Shown: positions 10,858-20,626 of the stretch, one piece after another
Position numbering within the stretch: the stretch's first letter is position 1
How the letters are laid out: each line of letters begins with the position of its first letter
Assembly: GCA_963717685.1 (NCBI GenBank)
Contig: OY970346.1
Span: forward strand, 578,970-642,969
DNA: 64,000 bases
Reading direction: 5' to 3'
Source: an uncultured Bacteroidales bacterium
GTDB taxonomy: Bacteria; Bacteroidota; Bacteroidia; Bacteroidales; VadinHA17
Position numbers and translations under genes: made by a program
Notes under the pieces: generated by a model
Seen by the model: only the letters and a program-made list of their open reading frames with translations
What the model was told of the DNA's origin: nothing
Databases searched by the model: none

Positions 10858-10881
10858 GATTAAGTGTATTTTGTACACTTA
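10858..10881. repeat. 24-nt palindrome GATTAAGTGTATTTTGTACACTTA (copy A)
   Basis: TAAGTGTA-N5-TACACTTA inverted repeat, 23/24 identical to 40997-41020. Confidence 0.85.
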
Positions 10882-10926
10882 TCAGGGATGGTGTTGCTTT
10901 CCGGACGAGGCAAGGTACGCTTAATA

Positions 10927-11184
10927 TCATAAGACAGTATCCTGCAGGCACAAATACCAGTTGTCATTTTCGATATCGTGCTTAATGATGTATTGCTCCC
11001 CGGAGTCTGTCTCAACCCTGAAATAGTCTGAAACGGGAAATTCAGGATTCGTGTTACCCTGATACCATCGGTCGGTAACCTGTGTTATTTCAAACCTGGC
11101 ACCGTTCCAGGTAAAGCATTTTGGATATTCATCCGCTTTGTACCCTGAATGGCATTCCGCTTCTATCGGGACCAGCTTTATCAC
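10927..11184 (-). CDS. small conserved hypothetical protein (85 aa)
   Basis: Clean 85-aa ORF, 22 bp downstream of the Mth938-like gene on the same strand. No motif recognised. Confidence 0.5.
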   Translation of the reverse strand: MIKLVPIEAECHSGYKADEYPKCFTWNGARFEITQVTDRWYQGNTNPEFPVSDYFRVETDSGEQYIIKHDIENDNWYLCLQDTVL

Positions 11185-11206
11185 TCTTTAATTTAAAAAA
11201 TAATTA

Positions 11207-11551
11207 TCAGCAAGTAAGATGAAGTATAAGATTGGTATCGGGGTCGTTAATACGCTTTACTGCCTCCGGCGTGCTCATTACAATCAGCTCCACTCCCTTC
11301 CTATTGGCTTCCTTATATACCTCGTCCATAACGGGAAGACTCGAGCTGTGGCCGGTTCCGACAATAAGCTTCCTGCATTTCCATGGTATATTCTCATCAG
11401 CCGAGAGAGGAGTATGGCCGTACAAATCCCTGTATTTTTTTGATTCAGCCTTTTTTCTTATCCTGACAGAACCGTTATCGATGAGCACATCCTTATTCCA
11501 TGTCTCACCGTCAATTGTAACTGAGCCGAATGAAAGATCGTTGACAATCAT
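11207..11551 (-). CDS. Mth938-like (DUF498) domain protein
   Basis: 114-aa ORF. The pattern SFGSVTIDG..(Y/W)..DV.I, then LIVGTG and a C-terminal short helix region, matches my recollection of the Mth938/NDUFAF3-like fold family. Confidence 0.6.
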   Translation of the reverse strand: MIVNDLSFGSVTIDGETWNKDVLIDNGSVRIRKKAESKKYRDLYGHTPLSADENIPWKCRKLIVGTGHSSSLPVMDEVYKEANRKGVELIVMSTPEAVKRINDPDTNLILHLTC

Positions 11552-11597
11552 ATTTAATACATCCCTCTTCTTTACCTTAAAAAAATCCTGACAGTTC

Positions 11598-13766
11598 TCA
11601 AACCCTGACTCCTATGACAAGGATATCGTCAACCTGTTCTGATCCACCTTTCCATTTCTCTATAAAGTCGCTGAGCCATTTTTCCTGTTCAGCCAAATCC
11701 ATTTCCTGAATGCCGGCAAGCAATTCCATAAATTTTTTTGTCTTCAGCTTTTTTCCTGTCTTTCCGTTGAATGTATCGGCGTAGCCGTCGGTGCAAATAT
11801 AAAAGGTATCTCCCGGGTGCAATTTTATTTCACTGGCATGAAATTCCTGACTATCATCAGTGTAACCGCCAATAGCTTTCCTGGTACCGTCAATCTCTTC
11901 GATTTCAGTATTCCCCTTATGAATTATCCATAACGGCCGGTTGGCACCGGCAAATTTCATTGAAAAATTGACAGGATCTATATAACACAGCGCTATATCC
12001 ATCCCGTCGTGTGTCGATTCCCCGGTGTCAGTCTGGTGAAGTGCATTCCTTATCCCTACGTTCAGATGCTTTAATATCCCCGCGGTATCCATGCTCATGG
12101 AAATGGCCTCTTCAAGCTTTTCAGAACCTACCATGCTCATCAATGCTCCAGGCACACCATGTCCGGTGCAATCAGCTGCAGCCAGAAAACATGCATTCCC
12201 GGTCCTGTGAAAGAAATAAAAGTCCCCGCTCACGATAGCTTTCGGCCTGAACAGGACAAAACTTTGCGGGAAGAATGCATTTATCTCTTTTATATCGGGA
12301 AGCCTTGCCTGCTGGATGCGTTTTGCATAGACAATGCTGTCGGTGATATCCTTGTTCTTTTCCTCGATGATCTTTTTCTGACTCTCGGTCTCTCGGTTCT
12401 TAAGCTCAATCAGTTTCTTCTGTCTTTTGGTAAGCCTCAATGCCCTGTAGATTAATCCTGCAAATACCGCGACTATTACAAGCCCGGAAATTATTGCCCA
12501 GATCACAATTGTCTGCTTCCTGCTTTTTTCGAGTGCAACCGCTCTTTCCTTTTCCTGTCCGGCTTTTAAAAGCGCTTCCTTCTTTTCGTATTCATACTGG
12601 AATTGCTTTTGCATCGATGCCTTCCTGGTAGTTTGATTATTAGTACTGTCTCTCATGACATAAAAGAGATTCTGCATTCTGAAAGCATCAGGCCACTTAT
12701 TCTGTGCCTGGTAAATTTCCGACAATAATCCTGCCGTACTGCTTATTTCCTGGGGATAACCCAGGTCCTTATAAAGACTCAGTGCTTTTTTTTCACAGGA
12801 AAGTGCCTCGGGATAATTGTTTTCATTAAGATACAAATCTCCTATGGCAGCCAAAATCAATGCTATGCCGCGCTTATACCCAAGCTTGTTCCAGAGGGTG
12901 AGGCTTTTATTATAATATTCCTTGGCTCCAGGATGATCATTTCTATCCTGGTAGGTCAGTCCTATGTTCTGATAAATAGTAGCAATCCCTTCATTGTTAC
13001 CAGCTTCCCTGAACAGTTCCAGCGATCTCGTAAGATAGCCCATCGAAATATTGAGCAATGAATCAGATTTATGGACGTCAGATGACCGAATTTGCAATGC
13101 CAGCTTTCTGTAGACTAATCCGATATTATGAACATCTGTCGCCATCTGATCCCTATCGTTCAGATCTCCGGCAATTGCCAGGCTTTCATTATAGTACTTC
13201 AGCGCATTAGGAATATCGTTCTGGTACTCATAAATATAGGCTATATTGTTGAGTGAGGTTGACTTGCCTTTCTTGTCATTGATTTCTTCCTGGATTTTAA
13301 GGCCCCTGAAATAATATTCAAGGCCTCTGGGAATATCGCCCTGGTTCTCGACCACATGCGCCATATTATTCAGCGATTCAGCAATGCCATGCCTGTCACC
13401 AATCTGTTCCCGGATTTTCAGTCCTTCATTGTAGTAGTCAAATGCCCTGGAAATGTCACCAAGATCATCATAAACATAACCGATGTTGTTGAGCGCCTGT
13501 GCGGTTGTTCCTTTCATGTGCCATTTTTCGGCATCAATCCTTATGCTGTCCCAGTAGCCGACTCTTGTCACAGAAATCTCTTCCCCGATCTCTGCTCGCA
13601 ATAATATCCTGACGGTATCATTTTTTGCAGAGTTAAGCAGCATATACAGCGAATCGACCCTGCCCTGCCCCGCCGATACAACGCAATAAGCAAAGAGTGT
13701 TACAAATGACAGAATGCATCCTGCTTTCTTCGTAATAATACGAATAATGGTTTCCCCCGAGCCCAT
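11598..13766 (-). CDS. TPR-repeat sensor protein with C-terminal PP2C/SpoIIE-type phosphatase domain
   Basis: 722 aa with about 8 TPR-like repeats (NNIG.VY...G....A..YY..(S/A)L). These are followed by a coiled-coil, one TM helix (TIVIWAIISGLVIVAVFAGLIY) and a SpoIIE-like domain (SGDFYFF, DCTGHGVPGA, TDGYAD). Confidence 0.85.
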   Translation of the reverse strand: MGSGETIIRIITKKAGCILSFVTLFAYCVVSAGQGRVDSLYMLLNSAKNDTVRILLRAEIGEEISVTRVGYWDSIRIDAEKWHMKGTTAQALNNIGYVYDDLGDISRAFDYYNEGLKIREQIGDRHGIAESLNNMAHVVENQGDIPRGLEYYFRGLKIQEEINDKKGKSTSLNNIAYIYEYQNDIPNALKYYNESLAIAGDLNDRDQMATDVHNIGLVYRKLALQIRSSDVHKSDSLLNISMGYLTRSLELFREAGNNEGIATIYQNIGLTYQDRNDHPGAKEYYNKSLTLWNKLGYKRGIALILAAIGDLYLNENNYPEALSCEKKALSLYKDLGYPQEISSTAGLLSEIYQAQNKWPDAFRMQNLFYVMRDSTNNQTTRKASMQKQFQYEYEKKEALLKAGQEKERAVALEKSRKQTIVIWAIISGLVIVAVFAGLIYRALRLTKRQKKLIELKNRETESQKKIIEEKNKDITDSIVYAKRIQQARLPDIKEINAFFPQSFVLFRPKAIVSGDFYFFHRTGNACFLAAADCTGHGVPGALMSMVGSEKLEEAISMSMDTAGILKHLNVGIRNALHQTDTGESTHDGMDIALCYIDPVNFSMKFAGANRPLWIIHKGNTEIEEIDGTRKAIGGYTDDSQEFHASEIKLHPGDTFYICTDGYADTFNGKTGKKLKTKKFMELLAGIQEMDLAEQEKWLSDFIEKWKGGSEQVDDILVIGVRV

Positions 13767-13932
13767 TAATCAATTATTTAATTTGCTGCGTTTCGCCAGC
13801 GTTTTTAAGCGACGTAAGTTAAAAACAATATCCAAATAATTACAAGGTTAAATATTAATTAATCGTAATAAATTGAATTAAATTGCACTTAATTAAACGG
13901 CCTTAAGAAAGAATAATTTTCTGACCATATTG

Positions 13933-13940
13933 TAATTTTG
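13933..13940 (+). promoter_or_regulatory. candidate Bacteroidota -7 promoter box (TAATTTTG) for the cbpA-like operon
   Basis: Matches the TAnnTTTG consensus, 44 nt upstream of the ATG at 13984. Confidence 0.45.
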
Positions 13941-13983
13941 CGTTTGGCAAAAATTACCGGTTTGCCTTAAATCCAACTTAATA

Positions 13984-14889
13984 ATGTATATCGACTATTA
14001 TAAAATACTTGGCGTTGACAAGAACGCAAACCAGAAGGAGATAAAAACCGCTTACAGGAAACTGGCAAGGAAGTTCCATCCAGACCTGAATCCGAATGAT
14101 AAGGATGCCAAGAGGAAATTCCAGGAAATTAATGAGGCCAATGAAGTCCTGGGCGATCCTGAAAAGAGGAAAAAATACGATCAGTACGGGGAGAACTGGA
14201 AACATGCCGGGGAATTCAGCGATGCCGGCCAGTACAGGGGGCAGCCTTCCGAACCCCGGGGACAAAGATTTTCAGATGCCGGGGATGAAGGTGAGTTTTC
14301 CGATTTCTTTGAGTCTCTTTTTGGCAGTTTCGGGGGAAGCGGCAGGCGCAGGCAGGTCAAATTCAGGGGAGAGGATTACAACGCCGAACTTCACCTCGAT
14401 CTGGCAGATGCCTGTAAAACTCATCAGCATACCTTAAATGTGAACGGCAAAAAAATAAGGATCACCGTACCGGCAGGGATTGAAAACGGACAGACCATAA
14501 AGATTGCCGGACACGGAGGAGAAGGAACAAACGGAGGCCCCAGCGGTGACCTGTACATCACTTTCATTATAGAAAACCATCCTAAATTCAGACGTCTCGG
14601 AAAGGATCTTTACACCACGGCGGATCTCGACCTTTTCAAGGCAGTTCTTGGAGGAGAGATAACAATTGATACTCTTGATGGAAAAGTAAGACTGAAGGTT
14701 AAGCCCGAAACGCAGAACGGGACGAAAATAAAATTAAGAGGCAAGGGGTTCCCTGTTTATAAAAGGAAGGGAGAGTTCGGTGACCTGTATATGACTTTCA
14801 AAATCAGGATCCCGACCCATCTTACATCAAAACAGAAAGAGCTGTTCACTGAATTAGCCAAATCTCAAAATTTAAAATCAGAGCAATGA
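13984..14889 (+). CDS. cbpA: J-domain co-chaperone, CbpA-like (DnaJ without zinc finger)
   Basis: N-terminal J domain with HPD (YYKILGV...KFHPDLNP), a G/F-rich linker, no CxxCxGxG zinc finger, and DnaJ C-terminal domains. Confidence 0.8.
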   Translation: MYIDYYKILGVDKNANQKEIKTAYRKLARKFHPDLNPNDKDAKRKFQEINEANEVLGDPEKRKKYDQYGENWKHAGEFSDAGQYRGQPSEPRGQRFSDAGDEGEFSDFFESLFGSFGGSGRRRQVKFRGEDYNAELHLDLADACKTHQHTLNVNGKKIRITVPAGIENGQTIKIAGHGGEGTNGGPSGDLYITFIIENHPKFRRLGKDLYTTADLDLFKAVLGGEITIDTLDGKVRLKVKPETQNGTKIKLRGKGFPVYKRKGEFGDLYMTFKIRIPTHLTSKQKELFTELAKSQNLKSEQ

Positions 14890-15200
14890 ACAAGAGAAAT
14901 CTGATACCTGCAATTGAATTCTGTGTCAGTCACGACATTGAAATATCCTTTATCAATACACTTGAAAAAGCAGGGCTGATCGAAATCATAAAGGTAAAGG
15001 AAACCGAATACATCTATGAGACTCAGCTTCCGGAGCTGGAAAAAATCATTCGCTTCTATTATGATCTTGATATAAACCTGGAGGGCATCGAAACCGTCAA
15101 TTACCTGTTGCAAAGGATAACCGAGCTGCAGGAGGAGATCAATATTCTCAAAAACAGATTAAGGCTGTACGAAGGTTCAGAGTTTATAAGCGATTCTTAA
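14886..15200 (+). CDS. cbpM: chaperone modulator CbpM-like (MerR-like fold)
   Basis: 104-aa ORF overlapping the cbpA-like stop by 4 nt (ATGA). Position and size fit CbpM, and a C-terminal coiled-coil is present. Confidence 0.6.
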   Translation: MNKRNLIPAIEFCVSHDIEISFINTLEKAGLIEIIKVKETEYIYETQLPELEKIIRFYYDLDINLEGIETVNYLLQRITELQEEINILKNRLRLYEGSEFISDS

Positions 15201-15421
15201 TGTAAATCCTGAAATTGAAAATCGGCCCGGCAAGAATCATGGAACCGGACCCCCTGCCGGTGGTGAGTCCGATGAAGTCAATGCACTCAAAGTGATTATA
15301 AAAGCTGAGGATAATTATCAGGACACGGAGCCAAATTCGCTTTCAGATGATCCCCATCCTGAAATTAAAATTATGAGTATCGGTTATAATTAATAATTTG
15401 ATTTTTTTCATGTTTTTAAAA

Positions 15422-15458
15422 CCCCCTTCCTTACCTTCCCCCACGGGGGAAGGGGCAT
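15422..15458 (+). repeat. C/G-tract hairpin repeat, copy 1 (CCCCCTTCCTTACCTTCCCCCACGGGGGAAGGGGCAT)
   Basis: CCTTCCCCC/GGGGGAAGG inverted repeat. Related copies are listed below. Confidence 0.8.
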
Positions 15459-15525
15459 ATTTTATAATGATAGAATAAACAAATGCTTAATCAATAAGTA
15501 ATCATAAATAGAAAGCTAATTAAAG

Positions 15526-15559
15526 CCTTTCCCCCCTGGGGGAAACGGGAAAGAGGGTG
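15526..15559 (-). repeat. C/G-tract hairpin repeat, copy 2 (inverted orientation)
   Basis: CCTTTCCCCCCTGGGGGAAACGGGAAAGAGGGTG resembles the reverse complement of copy 1. Confidence 0.7.
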
Positions 15560-15589
15560 AAAGATTAAGAGTAAAAAGCTAAGAATCAT

Positions 15590-15626
15590 CCCCCATCCCT
15601 GCCTTTCCCCACGGTGGAAGGGGCAT
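15590..15626 (+). repeat. C/G-tract hairpin repeat, copy 3
   Basis: CCCCCATCCCTGCCTTTCCCCACGGTGGAAGGGGCAT is collinear with copy 1. Confidence 0.8.
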
Positions 15627-15636
15627 TGTAACAGCT

Positions 15637-15689
15637 TTCCTCCCTTGGGGAGCCTGCCCCGCGATAGCGGGAAAACGGGAAAGGGGGTA
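15637..15689 (-). repeat. C/G-tract hairpin repeat, copy 4 (inverted, with internal insertion)
   Basis: TTTCCTCCCTTGGGGAG...GCGGGAAAACGGGAAAGGGGGTA has a tail like copy 2. Confidence 0.6.
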
Positions 15690-15837
15690 ATTAGAGTGAA
15701 ATGAAAGATCTTGTTTATTTGCATTATAAAGCTGACATTATTTTAATATCTCTTTTTTATTATTGATTCCCGATAGTCATTATTAAAATTATAAATTCGT
15801 AAATACCTTATTCCCCGTATTAAATACAAAAGTCAAG

Positions 15838-17415
15838 ATGAAAACATTTAAGAAAAAAGCAGGGATCGGGACGTTCCTGATATCATTCTGGGTTCTTGCC
15901 ATACTGGGTATTTATTCGTTCACTATAAAAAATACCGGGACTGGCACTGATAACAAAGACGTCTTCAATAGTCTGATTATCTATCAGGTAATGGTCGAAT
16001 CGTATTTTGACGGCGATCCTGCCTGTAATTACAATACGGGGTACGGGCCAAGTGATCATAAAGGTGATTTAAAAGGCATCACAGAAGCCTTGCCTTATAT
16101 TAAATCGCTTGGTGTCAATGCTATCTGGCTGACCCCGATTTTTGATTCGGATGGGAACAGCAGATTAGATGCCACAGGCTATTTTTGCAGGGATTATTTT
16201 AAAATTGACCCTAAATTCGGGACCCTGCAGGATGCAAGGGAACTGGTAAACAAAGCACATGAATTAGGCCTCTATGTCTTTTTCGACGGAGTCTTTGGCC
16301 ATCATAAAGAAGGTGTCGTACCATCACCAAAAGGGAACAAACCGGTTTCCAGACCCATGGACAGAAATTCCCAAAAATTTCCGGGGCTGTGGTCAACTGT
16401 TTCGTACCCGGAATCACTGGAATTCTATAAGGAAGTCGCAACATATTGGATTGATGAACTGGGAATCGACGGATGGCGTCTTGATCAATGCTATCAGTTA
16501 TCATATAAAGGTGGACAGGACAAAAATTACTGGAAAGAAATCAGGGAGGCTGTTGAAGCGAAATGCCAGGAACGCCGTTTAAAAGGAGAAAAATGGGGCA
16601 TACTTGGCTATATGGTGGGGGAAGACTGGGAAGATGCGAAAGATATCCAGTATAATACCTATTCCGGGGACGGACTTCAGTCAGCATTTGACTTTCCTTC
16701 AAGATATGATATAGTCAGATTATTGGCATGCGATTCTGAAAAGAAGACCACGAAAGATGGAGCAAAGGCACTTTCGTATGTTTTCTCAACACCTGAAGAA
16801 AAAGGATATTCCCATATCGGAGGAGTTTATCCAAATCTTTTCATTTCAAATCATGATCTCTTGCGTTTTGGCAACCTGATCAACTGGAGATTTAACCTTA
16901 CCAGGAAGGACAATGAATACTGGCTGAGACACAAGTGTGCATTGTCGATATTGGCAGCTTATACCGGCCCCATTACTATTTATTACGGCGATGAGTACGG
17001 TGATATGCTGGATGGATACACAGGGAAACCGCAACCAGAACTTGGAATTGCAACTGATAACGCCGGGCGCACTAACGGGAAATTTAAAGGCTTTACCAGA
17101 AATGAACAGGAACTTGTGAATTATACAAAGAATATTTTAACTATCAGGAAAAATAATCCTGCATTATATGACGGCAGAAGAACAAATATTGCATCTGACA
17201 GTACTCTATATGCTGATTATAAAGAAAAAGGGGACAATAAGATAATCTATATCATTAATACAGGAATATCCGAACGCATTTTTAAAATCGACAGAGAAAT
17301 CGTTAATGGTAAAAGAATAACCAATTTACAGACCGGCAAATCGTTCTCGAAAGGTAAAAATGCATGGACGCTGAAAATCCCGGGTTTATCAGCTTCCTAT
17401 TATCAAGTGGAATAA
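15838..17415 (+). CDS. GH13 alpha-amylase-family glycosidase, secreted
   Basis: All four GH13 conserved regions are present: FDGVFGHH, DGWRLDQCY, YMVGEDWE and FISNHDLLR. N-terminal signal/anchor. Confidence 0.9.
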   Translation: MKTFKKKAGIGTFLISFWVLAILGIYSFTIKNTGTGTDNKDVFNSLIIYQVMVESYFDGDPACNYNTGYGPSDHKGDLKGITEALPYIKSLGVNAIWLTPIFDSDGNSRLDATGYFCRDYFKIDPKFGTLQDARELVNKAHELGLYVFFDGVFGHHKEGVVPSPKGNKPVSRPMDRNSQKFPGLWSTVSYPESLEFYKEVATYWIDELGIDGWRLDQCYQLSYKGGQDKNYWKEIREAVEAKCQERRLKGEKWGILGYMVGEDWEDAKDIQYNTYSGDGLQSAFDFPSRYDIVRLLACDSEKKTTKDGAKALSYVFSTPEEKGYSHIGGVYPNLFISNHDLLRFGNLINWRFNLTRKDNEYWLRHKCALSILAAYTGPITIYYGDEYGDMLDGYTGKPQPELGIATDNAGRTNGKFKGFTRNEQELVNYTKNILTIRKNNPALYDGRRTNIASDSTLYADYKEKGDNKIIYIINTGISERIFKIDREIVNGKRITNLQTGKSFSKGKNAWTLKIPGLSASYYQVE

Positions 17416-17590
17416 ATATTTTTAACCCGGCATTTGAATTTTATATTTTAGTTACAACTGATTTCAGGAAAATCATAAAATATCCTGGTGATAAAAATAG
17501 TCTGATTTCTGCTTTTTCAGCAGCGAAAACAAATGCAGATTCCAGTTACTTTGTGCCTATGATTTCTTTGTTACTTTTTTTACCGATATT

Positions 17591-19732
17591 ATGAAATACA
17601 AGTTTTTTCTCCTCCTTCTGGCTTCCTTTACGGGAACCAATTTAATATTCTGTCAGCAATCATTCTTAACAGAAGATGGAATTGCAGTTTTCTGTCCTCC
17701 CGGATTTGATTCCACCCGTACATTACCCTCCTTCGCTATTATTAAAAGCCTTATTCCCCGCCACAGAATCCCGGCAAAATGGAAATTAATTCCTGAATTC
17801 ATTACTCAAAACAATAAATCCATAGTTAAGATAACCTATGATGGCAAAGTCGATTTATATGGAAACGGAGAAGTCATTGGCCCGCTGAAAAGGAACAATA
17901 CGGAAACCGTATTATGGAATACGGATAATTATGAGTATTCAAAAGCCAACGGCAAATCTCTATATCAATCACATCCGTGGGTAATGGGAGTGCGGGAAGA
18001 CGGATCCTCTTTCGGAATTATTACTGATAATACATGGAAACAGACTTTCAGTCTTAAAAACCCTGTTACAATAACTTCAGACGGCCCTCCTTTTCGAGTA
18101 ATTATTATTGAAAAGAAAACCCCTCAGGAATTGCTGCAAGCCCTGGCGGATCTGACAGGGAAAATAAATCTTCCTCCATTGTGGGCTTTAGGATACCAGC
18201 AGTGCAAATTTTCCTATTACCCCCAGTCAAGAGTGAAAGAGATTGCGACAGAGTTCAGGAAAAGGGATATTCCCTGTGATGTGATCTGGATGGATATAGA
18301 CTATATGCAGAATTATAAGATATTTACATTTGACTCATTGTCTTTCCCTGATCCGGCAGGATTAAATAATTACCTGCATTCTATCAACTTTAAATCTGTC
18401 TGGATGATTGATCCGGGAGTTAAAGACGAAATAGGATATTTTGTATTTGACCAGGGTTCAGCCTATGATCTATGGGTTAAGAACAAGGAAAATAAAGATT
18501 ATAAAGGTAATGTGTGGCCAGGAGAATGTGTTTTCCCCGATTTTACAATTCCAAAGACAAGAGAATGGTGGAGCGGCCTTTATAAGAAATATATGGCTAC
18601 AGGGATTGACGGGATATGGAATGACATGAATGAGCCATCGGTATTTAATGGTCCCGGAGGTACAATGCCTGAGGATAATATTCATCGAGGCGGCGGGAAC
18701 CTGCCTCAGGACATCCACGCCCGCTATCACAATGTCTACGGGATGCTCATGGTAAAAGCCTCTCTTGACGGAATCATAAACGCCAGACCTGATAAACGGC
18801 CTTTTATACTCTCCCGTGCCTCCTTTTTAGGAGGTCAGAAATATGCCGCCACATGGACAGGAGATAATACAACCTCCTGGGAACATTTTAAAATGGCGAC
18901 TCCGATGATATTAAATCTCGGGTTATCAGGTCAGCCATTTTGTGGCCCTGACATAGGCGGTTACAGCGGAAGACCTGATTCTGATTTATTTGCAAACTGG
19001 ATATCAGTCGGTGCATTTTATCCTTTTTGCAGGAACCATTCAGCAAAGAGGGAAAGTGACCAGGAACCATGGGCTTTTGGCAAAAAGATCGAAGATATTT
19101 CCAGAGTGGCACTGGAAAGAAGGTACAGACTATTACCCTACCTGTACACTCTTTTCCGGGAAGCTTCAATGACAGGATTGCCTGTAATGCGGCCTGTTTT
19201 TTTCGATGATATTTCCGATACAACACTGAGACATGAGCAGGAAGCATTTACGTGGGGAAAAGATTTATTGATCATTCCCAAATGGTCTGATAAACCTGAT
19301 CTGCCTAAAGGTATCTGGAGACCTGTCTATTTAATTGATAAGAATTCTGAAAATGACAAATACCAGCCGACCCTGAAACAAAAAGGAGGTTCAATAATCC
19401 CAATAGGATCAGTGATTCAATCAACAGCTGAATATAAAACAGATTCGATAACTTTGCTTGTCTGCCTGGACAAAAATTATAAAGCAGGAGGAATATTATA
19501 TATAGATTCCGGAGAGGGGTTTGATTACCGGAATAATGATTATGAAACAGTCATTTTTAAAGCAGGTAAGGTCGGGAAAAACACTTTCTCGGTAAAATGT
19601 AAAGATCATGGTAAAAATCAATCCGGGAAGCAACGTTGTTATAAAATCGGGATCGTCACTGATTCCGGAATTTATTATTCTGACTGGCAAAAGAAAAATT
19701 GCATTAAAATAGTATTAAACCACGGTGACTGA
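17591..19732 (+). CDS. GH31 alpha-glucosidase
   Basis: 713 aa with GH31 signatures DVIWMDIDYM and GIWNDMNEP. Signal peptide present. Confidence 0.9.
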   Translation: MKYKFFLLLLASFTGTNLIFCQQSFLTEDGIAVFCPPGFDSTRTLPSFAIIKSLIPRHRIPAKWKLIPEFITQNNKSIVKITYDGKVDLYGNGEVIGPLKRNNTETVLWNTDNYEYSKANGKSLYQSHPWVMGVREDGSSFGIITDNTWKQTFSLKNPVTITSDGPPFRVIIIEKKTPQELLQALADLTGKINLPPLWALGYQQCKFSYYPQSRVKEIATEFRKRDIPCDVIWMDIDYMQNYKIFTFDSLSFPDPAGLNNYLHSINFKSVWMIDPGVKDEIGYFVFDQGSAYDLWVKNKENKDYKGNVWPGECVFPDFTIPKTREWWSGLYKKYMATGIDGIWNDMNEPSVFNGPGGTMPEDNIHRGGGNLPQDIHARYHNVYGMLMVKASLDGIINARPDKRPFILSRASFLGGQKYAATWTGDNTTSWEHFKMATPMILNLGLSGQPFCGPDIGGYSGRPDSDLFANWISVGAFYPFCRNHSAKRESDQEPWAFGKKIEDISRVALERRYRLLPYLYTLFREASMTGLPVMRPVFFDDISDTTLRHEQEAFTWGKDLLIIPKWSDKPDLPKGIWRPVYLIDKNSENDKYQPTLKQKGGSIIPIGSVIQSTAEYKTDSITLLVCLDKNYKAGGILYIDSGEGFDYRNNDYETVIFKAGKVGKNTFSVKCKDHGKNQSGKQRCYKIGIVTDSGIYYSDWQKKNCIKIVLNHGD

Positions 19733-19796
19733 TATATATCTTATTTATATCTTTTAATCTTAAATCATTTATATTTATCCGTAAAATGCACATAAC

Positions 19797-20483
19797 ATGA
19801 ATGCAAAAAAGATTATCAAAAAGAACACGAAGACGAAAATCAGTGAGGTTTCATTAAAGGATCTTAAGCCAATCAGGCTCATAAAACCAAAGCATGATAA
19901 TGGGATTTCCGTTATGAAGGCTCTTAAAAGACGCAAAACTATACGTGAAATAAGCGACAGGAAAATTTCCTTGCAGATGCTTTCCGATCTTTTATGGGCG
20001 GCTTGCGGAGTGAACCGCAAAAAAGGCCCATTCGGAATACCCGGAAGGACTGCTGCCACTGCAAGCAACTCCCAGGAAATTGATCTTTATGTCGCAATGG
20101 AAGAAGCAACTTATTTTTATGACTGCATTTACCACAGGCTTATTCCCGTGGCAACAGGGGACCTCCGGAAACTGGCAATAGGTTACGGACAGTCGGGTTT
20201 CGGAGACAAAGCCCCGGTGCGCCTGATCTTTGTCGCCGATATAGACAGGCTGGTAAATACAAAAGGATTCCGTGAACCGGGGCTGGCTGATCCGGAAGTC
20301 CAGAAGTCATATTATTTTGCCGATACTGGACTGATTGCAGGCAATGTATATCTCTTTGCCGCCTCGCGCGGACTTGCTTCATGGTTTCATAACTGCAGCA
20401 GGAAAGCCCTGGCTGAAAAACTTAACCTGAGTAAGGATCAGCGTGTATTATTCGGACAGACGGTCGGATATCCTGCTAAATAA
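19797..20483 (+). CDS. nitroreductase-family protein
   Basis: 228 aa. RR(K/S)(T/I)RE...L..LLWAA.G is typical of the nitroreductase/SagB-like fold. Substrate unknown. Confidence 0.65.
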   Translation: MNAKKIIKKNTKTKISEVSLKDLKPIRLIKPKHDNGISVMKALKRRKTIREISDRKISLQMLSDLLWAACGVNRKKGPFGIPGRTAATASNSQEIDLYVAMEEATYFYDCIYHRLIPVATGDLRKLAIGYGQSGFGDKAPVRLIFVADIDRLVNTKGFREPGLADPEVQKSYYFADTGLIAGNVYLFAASRGLASWFHNCSRKALAEKLNLSKDQRVLFGQTVGYPAK

Positions 20484-20564
20484 TTACAAAAAGAGATTTA
20501 TTTGGATAATTCAGGAAATACGACTCTGAATAGAATGACGGAGGGCCATTAAAGACGTCACTAA

Positions 20565-20606
20565 ATATCGGCGACCGGCTACAGGCGACCGGCGACCGGC
20601 TATCAA
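20565..20606. repeat. heptamer array (ATATCGG CGACCGG CTACAGG CGACCGG CGACCGG CTATCAA)
   Basis: Six tandem imperfect 7-mers read directly from the sequence. Confidence 0.85.
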
Positions 20607-20626
20607 AGTGAAGCGAAGATCACGAT

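Noticed and set aside
15491-15724. 77-aa minus-strand ORF in the cbpM/GH13 gap.
   Set aside because: Its sequence is composed of the C/G-tract hairpin repeats (PFPVFPLSRG..., GERQGWG). It is low complexity with no start context and is almost certainly a repeat artefact.
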